DNA from: Escherichia coli
Lineage (GTDB): Bacteria; Pseudomonadota; Gammaproteobacteria; Enterobacterales; Enterobacteriaceae
Strand: one strand, 5' to 3'
Assembly: GCF_044324875.1 (NCBI RefSeq)
Contig: NZ_CP172185.1
Length of the DNA: 64,000 nt
Below are positions 36,368-50,777 of the stretch, in pieces. Each line of letters starts with the position of its first letter. Within the stretch, counting starts at the first letter, position 1. The position numbers and the translations under genes were made by a program. The notes beneath the pieces are model-generated. The model had not been told where the DNA came from and did no database searches. It saw only the letters and a program-made list of their open reading frames with translations.

Positions 36368-37786
36368 TCACACTTCCTCTATAAATTCAGGTTCAGTTTG
36401 CGGGTAGAAATAACGGTACTGATAATGAATCTGCGCGCGGGCTTCTTCCGGGCTGTTAAATTCCCCTACGCCATACCAACCGAACAGCGCAGCTCCTGCG
36501 ACGGTCGTTTCTGCGTCGTCGAGAACTTTTACCGGAATATCAAGCATATTGGCTTTAATCTGATTCCACAAAGTGTTGCGACTTCCTCCGCCGACTAACA
36601 ATAATTCAGAGGCTTTAAAGTGCCCGATTTTTTCCAGCATCTGTAGATTGCGCTGTAATTGCTCAGTTAACCCTTCCAGCGCCGCGCGATAGAAATGCCC
36701 CCGCGTGGTATTAAGCGTCACTCCTTGCCAGCCAGCGTTCTGACACGACAATAAATCACACTGCATTTTCACACCATCCGCGCCAGGTGCGATCAGACGA
36801 GCCTCTTCAATCAACATTTGCCAGGGAGTTTCAGCCGTCCAGAACAGTTTTCTCACCCATTCCAGCACGCCGGATGCCAGCCATTGCATACCTGGGTTAT
36901 ACAACCCTGCCTGACTATCCAGTTCGCAGGTGGAACCGGCATACTGACTTAACAGCGAAGTATCAACCTGGGCGCTACGGACCATTAAAATTTCCCATGT
37001 ACCGGAAGAGAGCACGGGTTCATTTTGTTCAGCACCAGCGCCAAAAAGGGCGAACTGGGTATCGTGACCTGCGGAAATCACCGGTATGCCAACGGGTAAG
37101 CCGAGCATTGCTGCGGCGCTGTTCTGTAACGTACCAATCTGTTCACCCGCTTCCACCAGACGAGGGAAGAGGCGGCGTGGAATACCGGTGGCGTGTAAAA
37201 TTTGCGGACTGAAATCGCGTTGCTGGATATCCAGCATCTGGCTGGTTCCGGCCATCGTGATATCAGTAGTGAATTCGCCGGTTAAACGGTGGTTAATCAG
37301 CGACGAAATAAAGAGCCAGGCGTGCGCGCGTTCCAGCAGTTGTGGATGATTTTCTTTCAACCACACCAACTTATATAACGTATTGAAACTAAAGGCTCCG
37401 ACGCCAGAAATAGCCTGCAACTGCTGTGCGGAGATCAACCGTTCAATATTGTCCATTACCGCTGCTGTTCGCGGACATTTCCAGCTAATGATCGGATAGA
37501 GCAGATTGCCTTGCTTATCTACCAGAGCGCCATCCACACCAAAGGTGGTGACGGCGATACCGCGGATGTGGCATTCAGTCAGTTCACTATTGATTTGCCG
37601 ACAGCAATCAGCAAAGCGTTGCAAAATGGCGTCTAAAGACCACTGGTGCCAGGTGGTGTTTTCCATCGCGATATCGCTGGCATTAGGCGTTGAGGCGCGG
37701 GCAACAATTTTTCCCTGCCGATTAACCGCGATGGCCCTGACATTGGTCGCGCCACAGTCGAGTACCAGGATAACTTCTTGTTTCAT
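36368..37786 (-). CDS. fucK: L-fuculokinase
   Basis: FGGY-kinase ORF; start placed at ATG 37786 ([17 protein letters not shown]..) because of AGGAG SD 7 nt upstream; ORF track extends to 37816. Confidence 0.9.
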
Positions 37787-37894
37787 AATCGCTCCTGCAA
37801 TATAGCCGGATAACATTGCTTATCCGGCTAACCACTCTTGCTTGTTCAGGCCCGGTAGCCGGAGCGACCGGGCATCACATCAGGGAGTAATGTA

Positions 37895-39670
37895 TTAACG
37901 CTTGTACAACGGGCCGTAGTTCTGGCAAGCGCGGTAATCCTGGCCTTCAATATCCATGCCGTGCGCGGCCCAGGCAGAAGGACGATACACTTTGGTCTCT
38001 TCAACGTTGTGCATACATACCGGGATACGCAGCATGGAGGCAAGAGTGATAAAGTCTGCGCCAACGTGGCCGATGGTTAGAACCCCGTGGTTAGCGCCCC
38101 AGTTCGCCATTACCGAGTACACATCCGTAAACGGCCCTTTACCGGTGAGGCGCGGTGCAAACCAGGTGGTTGGCCAGGTTGAGTTGGTGCGTTTGTTGAG
38201 GATGTCATGCACATCCTTCGGCAATTCCACGCTCCAGCCTTCCGCGATTTGCAGTACCGGTCCCAGGCCTTTGATGATGTTGACACGAGTCATGGTGAAC
38301 GGGACGCCGCCTTCGGTAAGGAAGCGGGAAGAGTAACCGCCGCCACGGAAGTATTCGTGGATCGCCGGGCACCATTCGGTAGCGGCGAGGCAAGCGTCAG
38401 CCTCTTGCTGAGAGATTTCCCAGTGTGGCTTCATCGTCGGGTTACCTTCGCTGTCGCGTTGTTTACAGGAACCGTCCAGCGCAGCAGAACCGGAGTTGAT
38501 CAAATGGATGATGCCGTGTTCTGCCAGTCCATCGAGTTTATGCCCCGTTACACGTTCAATTGCTTCTGGTGACCAGTAGGTACGCACATCGGCAAATACC
38601 TGAGCGGTGCCGGTGAGCTGGTGACCCATTAGCATTGCCACGCCGTTAAGACTGTCGTTTTCGGTCGCCACGACAAAGGGTTCGCGCACGCCATTCCAGT
38701 CAAATGAACTGTTAAGGATCGCTTCGGCGGTGTCGCCATTGGGATATTGATCGGTCCAGTGGCGTTGTCCCTGGAAGCCCGCAGCGATGGCGTTGTAGCC
38801 AAGTGATTCTTCTACGCGACCAATATCGGCCAGTTTGCTGTTGCCTTGCATCATGTCGCGGATACACATCGCCATCAGTAAACTTTCGCGCAGAACTGCG
38901 CGGCTTTGCTCGGCATTGCGTTGATACTGTTTGTTATTTTCATCTTCGCCATAGCGGAAGTTTTTATCAGCCCAGGCCAGCGCCATTTCCAGTTCGGCTT
39001 CGTCGTAAATCTTCTGATCGATACGGCGACGAAGTTCGGTCATATCCACCGCCTGGACTTTCATTCCCAGCCAGGATTCAAAGAAGTTGTGATCAACAAT
39101 AGAACCGGCGATACCCATCGAAACGCCACCCAGCGACAGATAGCTTTTACCTTTCATGCTGGCGACGGCCAAACCGGCGCGGGCAAAGCGCAGCAGTTTT
39201 TCTTCAACATCAGCAGGAATCGATGTGTCATCGGCATCCTGAACGTCATGACCGTAAATGGAGAATGCCGGGATGCCTTTCTGGCTGTGAGCTGCCAAAG
39301 CCGCAGCCAGGTAAACAGCGCCGGGGCGTTCAGTGCCGTTAAAGCCCCAAATGGCTTTCGGGCGGGTTGGATCCATGTCGATAGTTTCACTGCCATAGCA
39401 CCAGCAAGGCGTTACCGTAATGGTGAGGCCTACATTCTGACTGCTGAATTTTTCTTCGCAAGCAGCGGCTTCAGCCATACCCGCGATACAGGTATCGGAA
39501 ATGACACACTCGACGGCAGCTCCGCAGGCATGGCGCAGTTTCTCGGTCAGCAGTGCGGCCGTAGCTTTCGCCATATTCATTGTTTGTTCTTCAAGCGACT
39601 CACGAACACCCATGCGACGACCGTCAATAACCGGGCGGATACCAATTTTCGGTAAGCTGATTTTTTTCAT
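37895..39670 (-). CDS. fucI: L-fucose isomerase
   Basis: 591-aa ORF recognised as FucI. Confidence 0.95.
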   Translation of the reverse strand: MKKISLPKIGIRPVIDGRRMGVRESLEEQTMNMAKATAALLTEKLRHACGAAVECVISDTCIAGMAEAAACEEKFSSQNVGLTITVTPCWCYGSETIDMDPTRPKAIWGFNGTERPGAVYLAAALAAHSQKGIPAFSIYGHDVQDADDTSIPADVEEKLLRFARAGLAVASMKGKSYLSLGGVSMGIAGSIVDHNFFESWLGMKVQAVDMTELRRRIDQKIYDEAELEMALAWADKNFRYGEDENNKQYQRNAEQSRAVLRESLLMAMCIRDMMQGNSKLADIGRVEESLGYNAIAAGFQGQRHWTDQYPNGDTAEAILNSSFDWNGVREPFVVATENDSLNGVAMLMGHQLTGTAQVFADVRTYWSPEAIERVTGHKLDGLAEHGIIHLINSGSAALDGSCKQRDSEGNPTMKPHWEISQQEADACLAATEWCPAIHEYFRGGGYSSRFLTEGGVPFTMTRVNIIKGLGPVLQIAEGWSVELPKDVHDILNKRTNSTWPTTWFAPRLTGKGPFTDVYSVMANWGANHGVLTIGHVGADFITLASMLRIPVCMHNVEETKVYRPSAWAAHGMDIEGQDYRACQNYGPLYKR

Positions 39671-39702
39671 TACAGATTCCTCACTTTATTCGGAAAATAT
39701 GT

Positions 39703-41019
39703 TCAGTTAGTTGCCGTTTGAGAACGGAAACGGGCAAAGATAAAGATGACCGCGAAGCAGAGTGCGGGGATCAGTTCAGCAGTGGGGATGTTGCCCGCCG
39801 CGTCACTGACAAAACCCATGACCGGAGTGACAATACCGCCGCCAATAATGGTCATAACGATGAAGGACGAACCGTATTTGGTGTCCTGGCCGAGATTCTT
39901 AATGCCCAGCGAGAAGATTGTTGGGTACTGAATCGACATAAAGGCACTGCATAATGTCAGGGCTATTAAGCCCACATGACCGCCAGCGAAGGCTGAGATC
40001 AGGCACAGTGCCATAGCGATTAATGCGTAGGCTGCCAGGACTTTGTGTGGTGCGAAGCGACTGATGAGCCAGGTACCGGTGAAACGACCAATAAAGAAGC
40101 ACACCATGGTTCCGGTTAAATAGTTAGCGGCAAAGCCTGCGGTCATACCTGGAATTTCTTCTACAGCGTAGCGAATCAAATAGCTCCAGCAGGCCGTTTG
40201 CGCGCCGACATAGCAGAATTGCGCTAATACCGCCCAGCGCCAGTGACGAATACGCGCCAGACGAGAAAGCGATGCGGAGAACGATCCTTGTTTGGCGTCA
40301 CTGTGATTATCACTCTGCAATGCCGGGAATTTCGTCAGCATGATCAGCAGGGCGACCAGTAACACGATAGCCACGATGATCATATAAGGTGTCTGTACCG
40401 ATAATACCAGGCTGTGTTTATACGCACTCAATTGCTCTGGAGACATTTTATCGAGAACGTCTTGCGATTGATGTGGCACGTTAGACAAAATAAGACTTTG
40501 CCCAAAGACAACCGCGATAATTGCGCCAAACGAGTTAAATGTTTGCGCAAGATTTAAGCGGAAGTGACCACTGCTTTCCGGCCCTAATACCGTAACAAAA
40601 GGGTTTGCGGCAGTTTCCAGACAACCTAATCCGGCTGCAATAATAAATAGGCCAACTAAAAATAAGGTGTAGTTCATTATTTCTGCAGCGGGCCAGAATA
40701 ATGCAGCGCCCAAGGCATATAAAAATAATCCGGTAATAATCCCTGCTTTATAACTGAGTTTTTTCATCAATATCCCAGCAGGGATTGGGATAATGAAATA
40801 ACCAAAGTAAAAGGCCGATTGGATCAGGCCAGCCTGGAAATTTGTCAGCGTAAAAGCCTGCTGGAATTGAGGTAATAAAATGTCGTTAAGGTTATTGGCT
40901 ACCGCCCAAAGAAAAAACAGTGAGCACAGCAGCGCGAATGGAATAATGTAACTTCTGCTTTGCCCTGCATCTTTATCTACCGCACGGTAACTCTGCGTTT
41001 GTATTGATGTGTTTCCCAT
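39703..41019 (-). CDS. fucP: L-fucose:H+ symporter (MFS)
   Basis: 438-aa multi-TM ORF. Confidence 0.95.
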   Translation of the reverse strand: MGNTSIQTQSYRAVDKDAGQSRSYIIPFALLCSLFFLWAVANNLNDILLPQFQQAFTLTNFQAGLIQSAFYFGYFIIPIPAGILMKKLSYKAGIITGLFLYALGAALFWPAAEIMNYTLFLVGLFIIAAGLGCLETAANPFVTVLGPESSGHFRLNLAQTFNSFGAIIAVVFGQSLILSNVPHQSQDVLDKMSPEQLSAYKHSLVLSVQTPYMIIVAIVLLVALLIMLTKFPALQSDNHSDAKQGSFSASLSRLARIRHWRWAVLAQFCYVGAQTACWSYLIRYAVEEIPGMTAGFAANYLTGTMVCFFIGRFTGTWLISRFAPHKVLAAYALIAMALCLISAFAGGHVGLIALTLCSAFMSIQYPTIFSLGIKNLGQDTKYGSSFIVMTIIGGGIVTPVMGFVSDAAGNIPTAELIPALCFAVIFIFARFRSQTATN

Positions 41020-41565
41020 AGCATCCTCTTAGGTTCAGAAGCTTAAGCACGTAATCGGTTATGTTTTCAAAAGTGCAAAACCAGCGAGTTCGGGCTTCAT
41101 ATCAGTGAATATTTGCCTGTCAGAAATGAACTCATGGATTCATTTTCAAATAAAAAACGCTCTGTAATATGACGGCGGTCACACTTATTAGCTGGGAGGT
41201 GACTTTATGTGACTACCATCACTTTAATAATCGAAATTTCATGCCCGTTTCAGAAAATAAATCATAAAAAACACAAACCCGATGACCGTATTAATTGTTT
41301 GTGCCGAAAACGGGCATTTCTGGCGAGGGGGAATGGAAAAATGACCGTTTTGATAAATATTTTTAAGAGCGGTCATTTTTAATAGGGTTATAAAAAGAGA
41401 ACTTGCAGTTATTTACTGTGATTAGTTGAACCAGGTCACAAAATATAAGCTTGTGAATTTCTTTCTGGTTAATCAGGAAGAAGATGGTGGGTAATTAAAC
41501 GGCTAATTCAATAGTGTGAAAGGAACAACATTATTGCCCTGTTTTGAATCAGAGAGAGGTAGCTA
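41020..41565. promoter_or_regulatory. divergent fucPIKUR / fucAO control region with candidate CRP site and repeated ATGACCG/CGGTCAT motifs
   Basis: 546-bp AT-rich intergenic region between divergent fucP and fucA; TGTGActaccaTCACT at 41208..41223. Confidence 0.6.
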
Positions 41566-42213
41566 ATGGAACGAAATAAACTTGCTCGTCAGATTATTGA
41601 CACTTGCCTGGAAATGACCCGCCTGGGACTGAACCAGGGGACAGCGGGTAACGTCAGTGTACGTTATCAGGATGGGATGCTGATTACGCCTACAGGTATT
41701 CCATATGAAAAACTGACGGAGTCGCATATTGTCTTTATTGATGGCAACGGTAAACATGAGGAAGGAAAACTCCCCTCAAGCGAATGGCGTTTCCATATGG
41801 CGGCCTATCAAAGCAGACCGGATGCCAACGCGGTTGTTCACAATCATGCCGTTCATTGCACAGCAGTTTCCATTCTTAACCGACCGATCCCCGCTATTCA
41901 CTACATGATTGCGGCGGCTGGCGGTAATTCTATTCCTTGCGCGCGTTATGCGACCTTTGGAACACGCGAACTTTCTGAACATGTTGCGCTGGCTCTCAAA
42001 AATCGTAAGGCAACTTTGTTACAACATCATGGGCTTATCGCTTGTGAGGTGAATCTGGAAAAAGCGTTATGGCTGGCGCATGAAGTTGAAGTGCTGGCGC
42101 AACTTTACCTGACGACCCTGGCGATTACGGACCCGGTGCCAGTGCTGAGCGATGAAGAGATTGCCGTAGTGCTGGAGAAATTCAAAACCTACGGGTTACG
42201 GATTGAAGAGTAA
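41566..42213 (+). CDS. fucA: L-fuculose-phosphate aldolase (class II)
   Basis: 215-aa ORF. Confidence 0.95.
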   Translation: MERNKLARQIIDTCLEMTRLGLNQGTAGNVSVRYQDGMLITPTGIPYEKLTESHIVFIDGNGKHEEGKLPSSEWRFHMAAYQSRPDANAVVHNHAVHCTAVSILNRPIPAIHYMIAAAGGNSIPCARYATFGTRELSEHVALALKNRKATLLQHHGLIACEVNLEKALWLAHEVEVLAQLYLTTLAITDPVPVLSDEEIAVVLEKFKTYGLRIEE

Positions 42214-42237
42214 TTTCGTAAAGCAACAAGGAGAAGG

Positions 42238-43389
42238 ATGATGGCTAACAGAATGATTCTGAACGAAACGGCATGGTTTGGTCGGGGTGCTGTTGGGGCT
42301 TTAACCGATGAGGTGAAACGCCGTGGTTATCAGAAGGCGCTGATCGTCACCGATAAAACGCTGGTGCAATGCGGCGTGGTGGCGAAAGTGACCGATAAGA
42401 TGGATGCTGCAGGGCTGGCATGGGCGATTTACGACGGCGTAGTGCCCAACCCAACAATTACTGTCGTCAAAGAAGGGCTCGGTGTATTCCAGAATAGCGG
42501 TGCGGATTACCTGATCGCTATTGGTGGTGGTTCTCCACAGGATACTTGTAAAGCGATTGGCATTATCAGCAACAACCCGGAGTTTGCCGATGTGCGTAGC
42601 CTGGAAGGACTTTCCCCGACCAATAAACCCAGTGTACCGATTCTGGCAATCCCCACCACAGCAGGCACTGCGGCAGAAGTGACCATTAACTACGTGATCA
42701 CTGACGAAGAAAAACGGCGCAAGTTTGTTTGCGTTGATCCGCATGATATCCCGCAGGTGGCGTTTATTGACGCTGACATGATGGATGGTATGCCTCCAGC
42801 GCTGAAAGCTGCGACGGGTGTCGATGCGCTCACTCATGCTATTGAGGGGTATATTACCCGTGGCGCGTGGGCGCTAACCGATGCACTGCACATTAAAGCG
42901 ATTGAAATCATTGCTGGGGCGCTGCGAGGATCGGTTGCTGGTGATAAGGATGCCGGAGAAGAAATGGCGCTCGGGCAGTATGTTGCGGGTATGGGCTTCT
43001 CGAATGTTGGGTTAGGGTTGGTGCATGGTATGGCGCATCCACTGGGCGCGTTTTATAACACTCCACACGGTGTTGCGAACGCCATCCTGTTACCGCATGT
43101 CATGCGCTATAACGCTGACTTTACCGGTGAGAAGTACCGCGATATCGCGCGCGTTATGGGCGTGAAAGTGGAAGGTATGAGCCTGGAAGAGGCGCGTAAT
43201 GCCGCTGTTGAAGCGGTGTTTGCTCTCAACCGTGATGTCGGTATTCCGCCACATTTGCGTGACGTTGGTGTACGCAAGGAAGACATTCCGGCACTGGCGC
43301 AGGCGGCGCTTGATGACGTTTGTACCGGTGGCAACCCGCGCGAAGCAACGCTTGAGGATATTGTAGAGCTTTACCATACCGCCTGGTAA
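42238..43389 (+). CDS. fucO: lactaldehyde reductase (1,2-propanediol oxidoreductase), Fe-ADH family
   Basis: ORF with tandem ATGs at 42238 and 42241 (true start could be either); Fe-ADH motifs. Confidence 0.92.
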   Translation: MMANRMILNETAWFGRGAVGALTDEVKRRGYQKALIVTDKTLVQCGVVAKVTDKMDAAGLAWAIYDGVVPNPTITVVKEGLGVFQNSGADYLIAIGGGSPQDTCKAIGIISNNPEFADVRSLEGLSPTNKPSVPILAIPTTAGTAAEVTINYVITDEEKRRKFVCVDPHDIPQVAFIDADMMDGMPPALKAATGVDALTHAIEGYITRGAWALTDALHIKAIEIIAGALRGSVAGDKDAGEEMALGQYVAGMGFSNVGLGLVHGMAHPLGAFYNTPHGVANAILLPHVMRYNADFTGEKYRDIARVMGVKVEGMSLEEARNAAVEAVFALNRDVGIPPHLRDVGVRKEDIPALAQAALDDVCTGGNPREATLEDIVELYHTAW

Positions 43390-43407
43390 ATGCGCTGATG
43401 TGATAAT

Positions 43408-43440
43408 GCCGGATGCGACGCTAGCTGCGTCTTATCCGGC
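43408..43440. repeat. REP element between convergent fucO and xni
   Basis: gccggatgcgacgc tagct gcgtcttatccggc, followed by a partial second copy (ttgcatccggcacgcc). Confidence 0.5.
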
Positions 43441-43493
43441 GTATAAGTTCATTAAATTCAATGTGTTGATAATCGTTTGCATCCGGCACGCCG

Positions 43494-45727
<2,234 letters not shown>

Positions 45728-45784
45728 AGGAAATACATCGCGTTAAAACGGAGGAAGCGCCGCCCGAAAGCGGCGCGAAAGGAC

Positions 45785-47074
45785 TTAGCTGAACAGAGAG
45801 TAGAAGATTGCGGAGATTGCAATCAGACCCATCACGACAACGAATACGTTGCTGATGTGACCGCTGTACTTACGCATTGCCGGTACTTTCTGAATTGCGT
45901 ACATCGGCATCAGGAACAGGATCATCGCGATGATTGGGCCGCCCAGGGTTTCAATCATACCCAGGATGCTCGGGTTCAGGGTGGCAACAATCCAGGTCGT
46001 TACCAGCATGAACAGCGCAGTAATACGGTTCAGCTTGTTGATTTCGATAGACTTACCTTTACCACGCAGAGATTTAATCACCATACCGTTGAAGCCTTCA
46101 CGTGCGCCCAGGTAGTGGCCGAGGAAGGATTTGGTGATAGCGATAATCGCGATAATCGGTGCCATCCACGCGATAACCGGTGCGTTAAAGTGGTTAGCCA
46201 GGTAAGACAGAATCGAGATGTTCTGCTCTTTAGCCGCAGCCAGGTCTGCCGGAGTCAGGCTCAGTACGCAGCTGAATACGAAGAACATTACGGTCAGCAC
46301 CATCATGATGTGTGCGAATGCCAGGATCTTCGAGCATTTCTGTTCTGCCATATCGCCGTACTCTTCACGCTTCGCAACAGCGAAAGAAGAGATGATCGGA
46401 GAGTGGTTGAACGAGAACACCATTACCGGAATTGCCAGCCACAGGGTCATCCACAGACCGTTTCCGGTTGCCGATGCAGTGTCCAGAGACAGCGTTTCCA
46501 GTGCTGCGCCGTTCCACTGCGGGATCAGGTACAGAGCCAGCAGCATCAGTACGCCAACAAACGGGAATACCAGAATACTCATCGCTTTAACGATCATCTG
46601 CTCACCGAAGCGAACGATGGTCATCATACCCACGATCAGGATCAGCGACAGAATCGCACGCGGCGGTGGTGTCATACCCAGCTGGTGAGACATGAAGCTT
46701 TCAACTGTATTGGTGATTGCCACGCTATAAACCAGCAGGATCGGGTAGATAGCGAAGAAGTAGAGCAGGGTAATCAGTTTACCTGCGCCAATACCAAAGT
46801 GTTCTTCTACAACCTCGGTGATGTCTTCGCCCGGGTTTTTACCAGACAGTACGAAGCGAGTCAGACCGCGGTGAGCAAAAAATGTCATCGGGAACGCAAG
46901 GATAGCCATGATGATCAGCGGGATCATACCGCCAACACCGGCGTTGATTGGCAGGAACAGCACGCCCGCGCCGATTGCCGTGCCGTAAAGGCCCAGCATC
47001 CACATGGTGTCTGTCTTGCGCCAGGCACTACGAGAGTCTTTCGACGCAATCGTGCTGGTTTGAGTCGTTTCCAT
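45785..47074 (-). CDS. sdaC: serine:H+ symporter (HAAAP family)
   Basis: 429-aa multi-TM ORF. Confidence 0.95.
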   Translation of the reverse strand: METTQTSTIASKDSRSAWRKTDTMWMLGLYGTAIGAGVLFLPINAGVGGMIPLIIMAILAFPMTFFAHRGLTRFVLSGKNPGEDITEVVEEHFGIGAGKLITLLYFFAIYPILLVYSVAITNTVESFMSHQLGMTPPPRAILSLILIVGMMTIVRFGEQMIVKAMSILVFPFVGVLMLLALYLIPQWNGAALETLSLDTASATGNGLWMTLWLAIPVMVFSFNHSPIISSFAVAKREEYGDMAEQKCSKILAFAHIMMVLTVMFFVFSCVLSLTPADLAAAKEQNISILSYLANHFNAPVIAWMAPIIAIIAITKSFLGHYLGAREGFNGMVIKSLRGKGKSIEINKLNRITALFMLVTTWIVATLNPSILGMIETLGGPIIAMILFLMPMYAIQKVPAMRKYSGHISNVFVVVMGLIAISAIFYSLFS

Positions 47075-47629
47075 CTATTTCTCCTGGAGGAATGCAAATA
47101 ATTCAGCTTTTAGCCAGTTCAGCCCGGGAAGGTGCCTGACCGTAAAAATGAAATCTGTCTATCGGCGATGGCTTAATCATTTACCGCCGTAATAATTTGA
47201 GGGCGGAAAGATACACACAAGTTATGTATCTATCAGTGATCTTGATCCCAAATACAATAATCTACTTGGAAGATAGATTATCCCAACGCTTTACTCTGTA
47301 AATCAAAAGTAAAAGAGAATTTAAGGGCAATATTTGCCCATTAAACGACATCTGACTTCTTCCGGGGCGCGCAATATATGTAGGTTGAACTGAAAAAATC
47401 AATACTTTTAGTTAATCATGGCGATAATTTCTTTTTCATAGCGATAAAATGTGGTTTATGAAAATAGGTAAACGTTTGCGTTACAACATAAATTGTATGA
47501 CATATTAACTGTAATGATATTTATCGCGTGAGGGTGGTAAGAAACATTCATATAACAAATGAAATAAATTGATGGGTATGTGACCAAAAACGAGAAAACC
47601 CGGCAACAAACGTCACCGGGGGAGGGAGA

Positions 47630-48994
47630 TTACGTGCAGATTTCGTAGCAAGGGATGTAGGCTGAGCCTGGCAACTTCATACGATGCTGGGCAACAAAAC
47701 CCTGTAGCAGGTCATCCATACGACGCATAATCTCTTTATCGCCGTTGATTTTATAAGGACCAAACTCTTCAATGGCGCGAATACCGACTTCTTTTACGTT
47801 ACCCGCCACAATACCGGAGAACGCACGGCGCAGGTCGGCAGCCAGCACTTCAACGGGTTGATCCGGGTAAAGCTTCAGATTAGCCATATTCTCGTGAGAC
47901 GGCTCAAACGGCATTTGCAAATCTGGCGCAATGCGCATTGACCAGTTAAAGCTGTAGGCATCGCCTGTGTCGCGGCGATTTTCTTTCACCAGCGGCATCG
48001 ATTTTTTCATCTGACGAGCGACTTCAGCGGCGTCATCAATGATGATGCGGTAATGGCGGCGCGCGTTTTCACCCAACGTATGCACGACAAACTCGTCCAG
48101 TACGCGGAAGTAGTCGGCGCTCTCTTTCGGGCCGGTGAGGATCAATGGTAAAACCTGATCTTTGTTGGCCGGGTTCATTAAAATTCCCAGCAAATACAGC
48201 AACTCTTCTGCCGTACCCACACCGCCAGGGAAGATAATGATACCGTGAGCGATACGGACAAACGCTTCCAGACGTTTTTCGATATCTGGCATGATGATCA
48301 ATTCGTTGACCAGCGGGTTAGGCGGTTCAGCGGCGATAATCGACGGCTCTGTCATACCAATAAAACGACTGTCTTTGTAACGCTGCTGTGCGTGTCCGAC
48401 CGCAGCGCCTTTCATCGGCGCTTCCATCGCTCCCGGACCACAGCCGGTGCAGATATTCAGCTCACGCAGGCCCAGCTGATTCCCGACGCGACGGGCATAC
48501 AAATACTCGTTTTCGTTAATTGAGTGCCCGCCCCAGCAGACCACCATATTTGGCGCTTCACCGACATGCAGTGCGCGAGCGTTACGCAAGATGGAAAAGA
48601 CCAGGTTAGTGATGTGGACGGAGTTGTCGAGATTCAGGTTGGGAAAACGAACGGTGTTATGGATTTGCCCGTAAACGAAGAGAATGTCACGCAGAACCGC
48701 GAACAAGTTGGCCTGCAAAGCGCGAATAATTCGCCCATCGACAAAAGCCTCTTCCGGGGGATTAATCAGTTCCAGCTTTACGCCGCGTTCACGGCGCAGG
48801 ACGTTAATATCGAAATTTTCAAAACGAGACAGCAATTCTTTGCTGTTATCGGTCAAACTACCGGAGTTCAGTACGGCAAGTGAACAGTTGCGAAACAGTT
48901 GATAGAGGTCGCTGCTGGCGGTGCGTTTAAGCATATCCACTTCCAGCTGCGACAACATATCCATGGAGCCAAGCGGGCTAATATGTGTAATCAA
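47630..48994 (-). CDS. ppnN: pyrimidine/purine nucleotide 5'-monophosphate nucleosidase (LOG family)
   Basis: 454-aa ORF recognised as YgdH/PpnN. Confidence 0.9.
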
Positions 48995-49105
48995 GAAAAA
49001 CTCCTTATGGGACGAATATCGTCATTCCCTTTGATTACAATAGCCCTGCCTGATGACCTTTCACAACCTTCTGCGTGAATCCAGCACGCAAAATTGAGAA
49101 AAAAT

Positions 49106-49954
49106 TTATTGCCGAACCAGTCTTGTGGTCGATGGGACAAAATCGCTATTACTGCGCCACGGGTTAATGTCCAGACCGCCACGACGGGTATAACGTGCGT
49201 AAACGCTCAATTTCTCTGGCTGGCAGAAGCGTAACAGGTCATTAAAGATGCGTTCCACGCACTGTTCGTGGAACTCGTTGTGATGACGGAAAGAAACCAG
49301 GTAACGCAGCAGTTTTTCTCTGTCAATTTGGCGTCCACGATACTGAATTTGGATCGATCCCCAATCTGGTTGATGGGTGATCAGGCAATTTGATTTCAGC
49401 AGGTGGCTGACGAGCGTCTCTTCTACTACTTTTTCGCCACTGGTGGCATTCTCCAGATAGTCAGTAGTGAATTCATAGTTATCGATAGTGATATCCTGGT
49501 CATCAATGCAAGTGCCATTGAAATGACCTATCGGTTGGCCTTCCAGTTCATCAAGACGATATAACGCCACGCTAACCTTACCCTGAGCGCAAGTGCTTAA
49601 GTCGCGCTCCAGCGTCTGGCGCACCTCATCCCAGTTATTAAAACGCGTCTGGTTAAAACTGTTGAGATAGAGCTTAAAACTCTTCGACTCAATCAGATTT
49701 GCGCTGGTGTAATCAAGTTCAACATGACCGACGGCGACCTGCGGCAAACCTTTCGCATTCAGCCAGGAAAGTTCATATAGCGTCCAGATATCCGTACCGT
49801 GAAAAGGCAGGTTATCCGCTTTCAGACCCAGCGGATCGCGATTCAGACTACGCGGAACGCCTTGCAGTAGGCTGGCGTCATAGGTATCCCGGTAATCGGT
49901 TGATTTTCCAAGAGTCAGGCCCGCAAGTGCCTGATGGTTTGCATAAGAAGACAT
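49106..49954 (-). CDS. queF: NADPH-dependent 7-cyano-7-deazaguanine (preQ0) reductase
   Basis: 282-aa ORF, two-domain QueF type. Confidence 0.92.
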
Positions 49955-50021
49955 GTTTCACCGTCATAAACCAGATAAACTAAACGACAAGTGTATCTGG
50001 TTTAAGTGAAGAGAGAAATTA

Positions 50022-50567
50022 GTGGACGATTTGACCGCACAAGCCCTGAAAGATTTTACTGCACGCTACTGCGATGCGTGGCATGAAGAGCATAAAAGCT
50101 GGCCGTTGAGTGAGGAACTGTACGGCGTTCCTTCACCGTGCATTATTTCAACCACCGAAGACGCCGTATACTGGCAACCCCAGCCGTTTACCGGGGAACA
50201 AAATGTAAACGCGGTTGAACGCGCTTTTGATATTGTGATACAACCCACAATTCATACCTTTTATACGACTCAGTTTGCCGGGGATATGCACGCGCAGTTT
50301 AGCGATATTAAACTGACATTGCTGCAAACCTGGAGTGAAGACGACTTCCGTCGGGTGCAGGAAAATCTGATTGGTCATCTGGTGACTCAGAAAAGGCTAA
50401 AATTGCCGCCCACGCTATTTATCGCGACGCTGGAAGAAGAGTTAGAGGTGATCTCGGTGTGTAATCTCTCCGGTGAAGTGTGTAAAGAGACGCTGGGAAC
50501 ACGTAAACGGGCGCATTTAGCCTCAAATCTTGCGGAATTCCTTAATCAACTTAAGCCTCTTCTGTAA
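50022..50567 (+). CDS. syd: SecY-interacting protein Syd
   Basis: 181-aa ORF divergent from queF. Confidence 0.92.
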   Translation: MDDLTAQALKDFTARYCDAWHEEHKSWPLSEELYGVPSPCIISTTEDAVYWQPQPFTGEQNVNAVERAFDIVIQPTIHTFYTTQFAGDMHAQFSDIKLTLLQTWSEDDFRRVQENLIGHLVTQKRLKLPPTLFIATLEEELEVISVCNLSGEVCKETLGTRKRAHLASNLAEFLNQLKPLL

Positions 50568-50777
50568 TCCAAATACCCCATCTGGTTGTGAGAGATCTCT
50601 TACAGACTCTGTAGGAGATCGCCAGGAAATAAGCGAATACTTAAAAAGATAAGAATCGTTATTTTCATTTAAAATCAATATATTGCTTGTTAATCCTTAA
50701 CTTTCATATTAAATTTTCCTTAAGGCATTGTCTGTAAGCGCCTTGTAAGACTTCGCGAAAAAGACGATTCTATCTTC

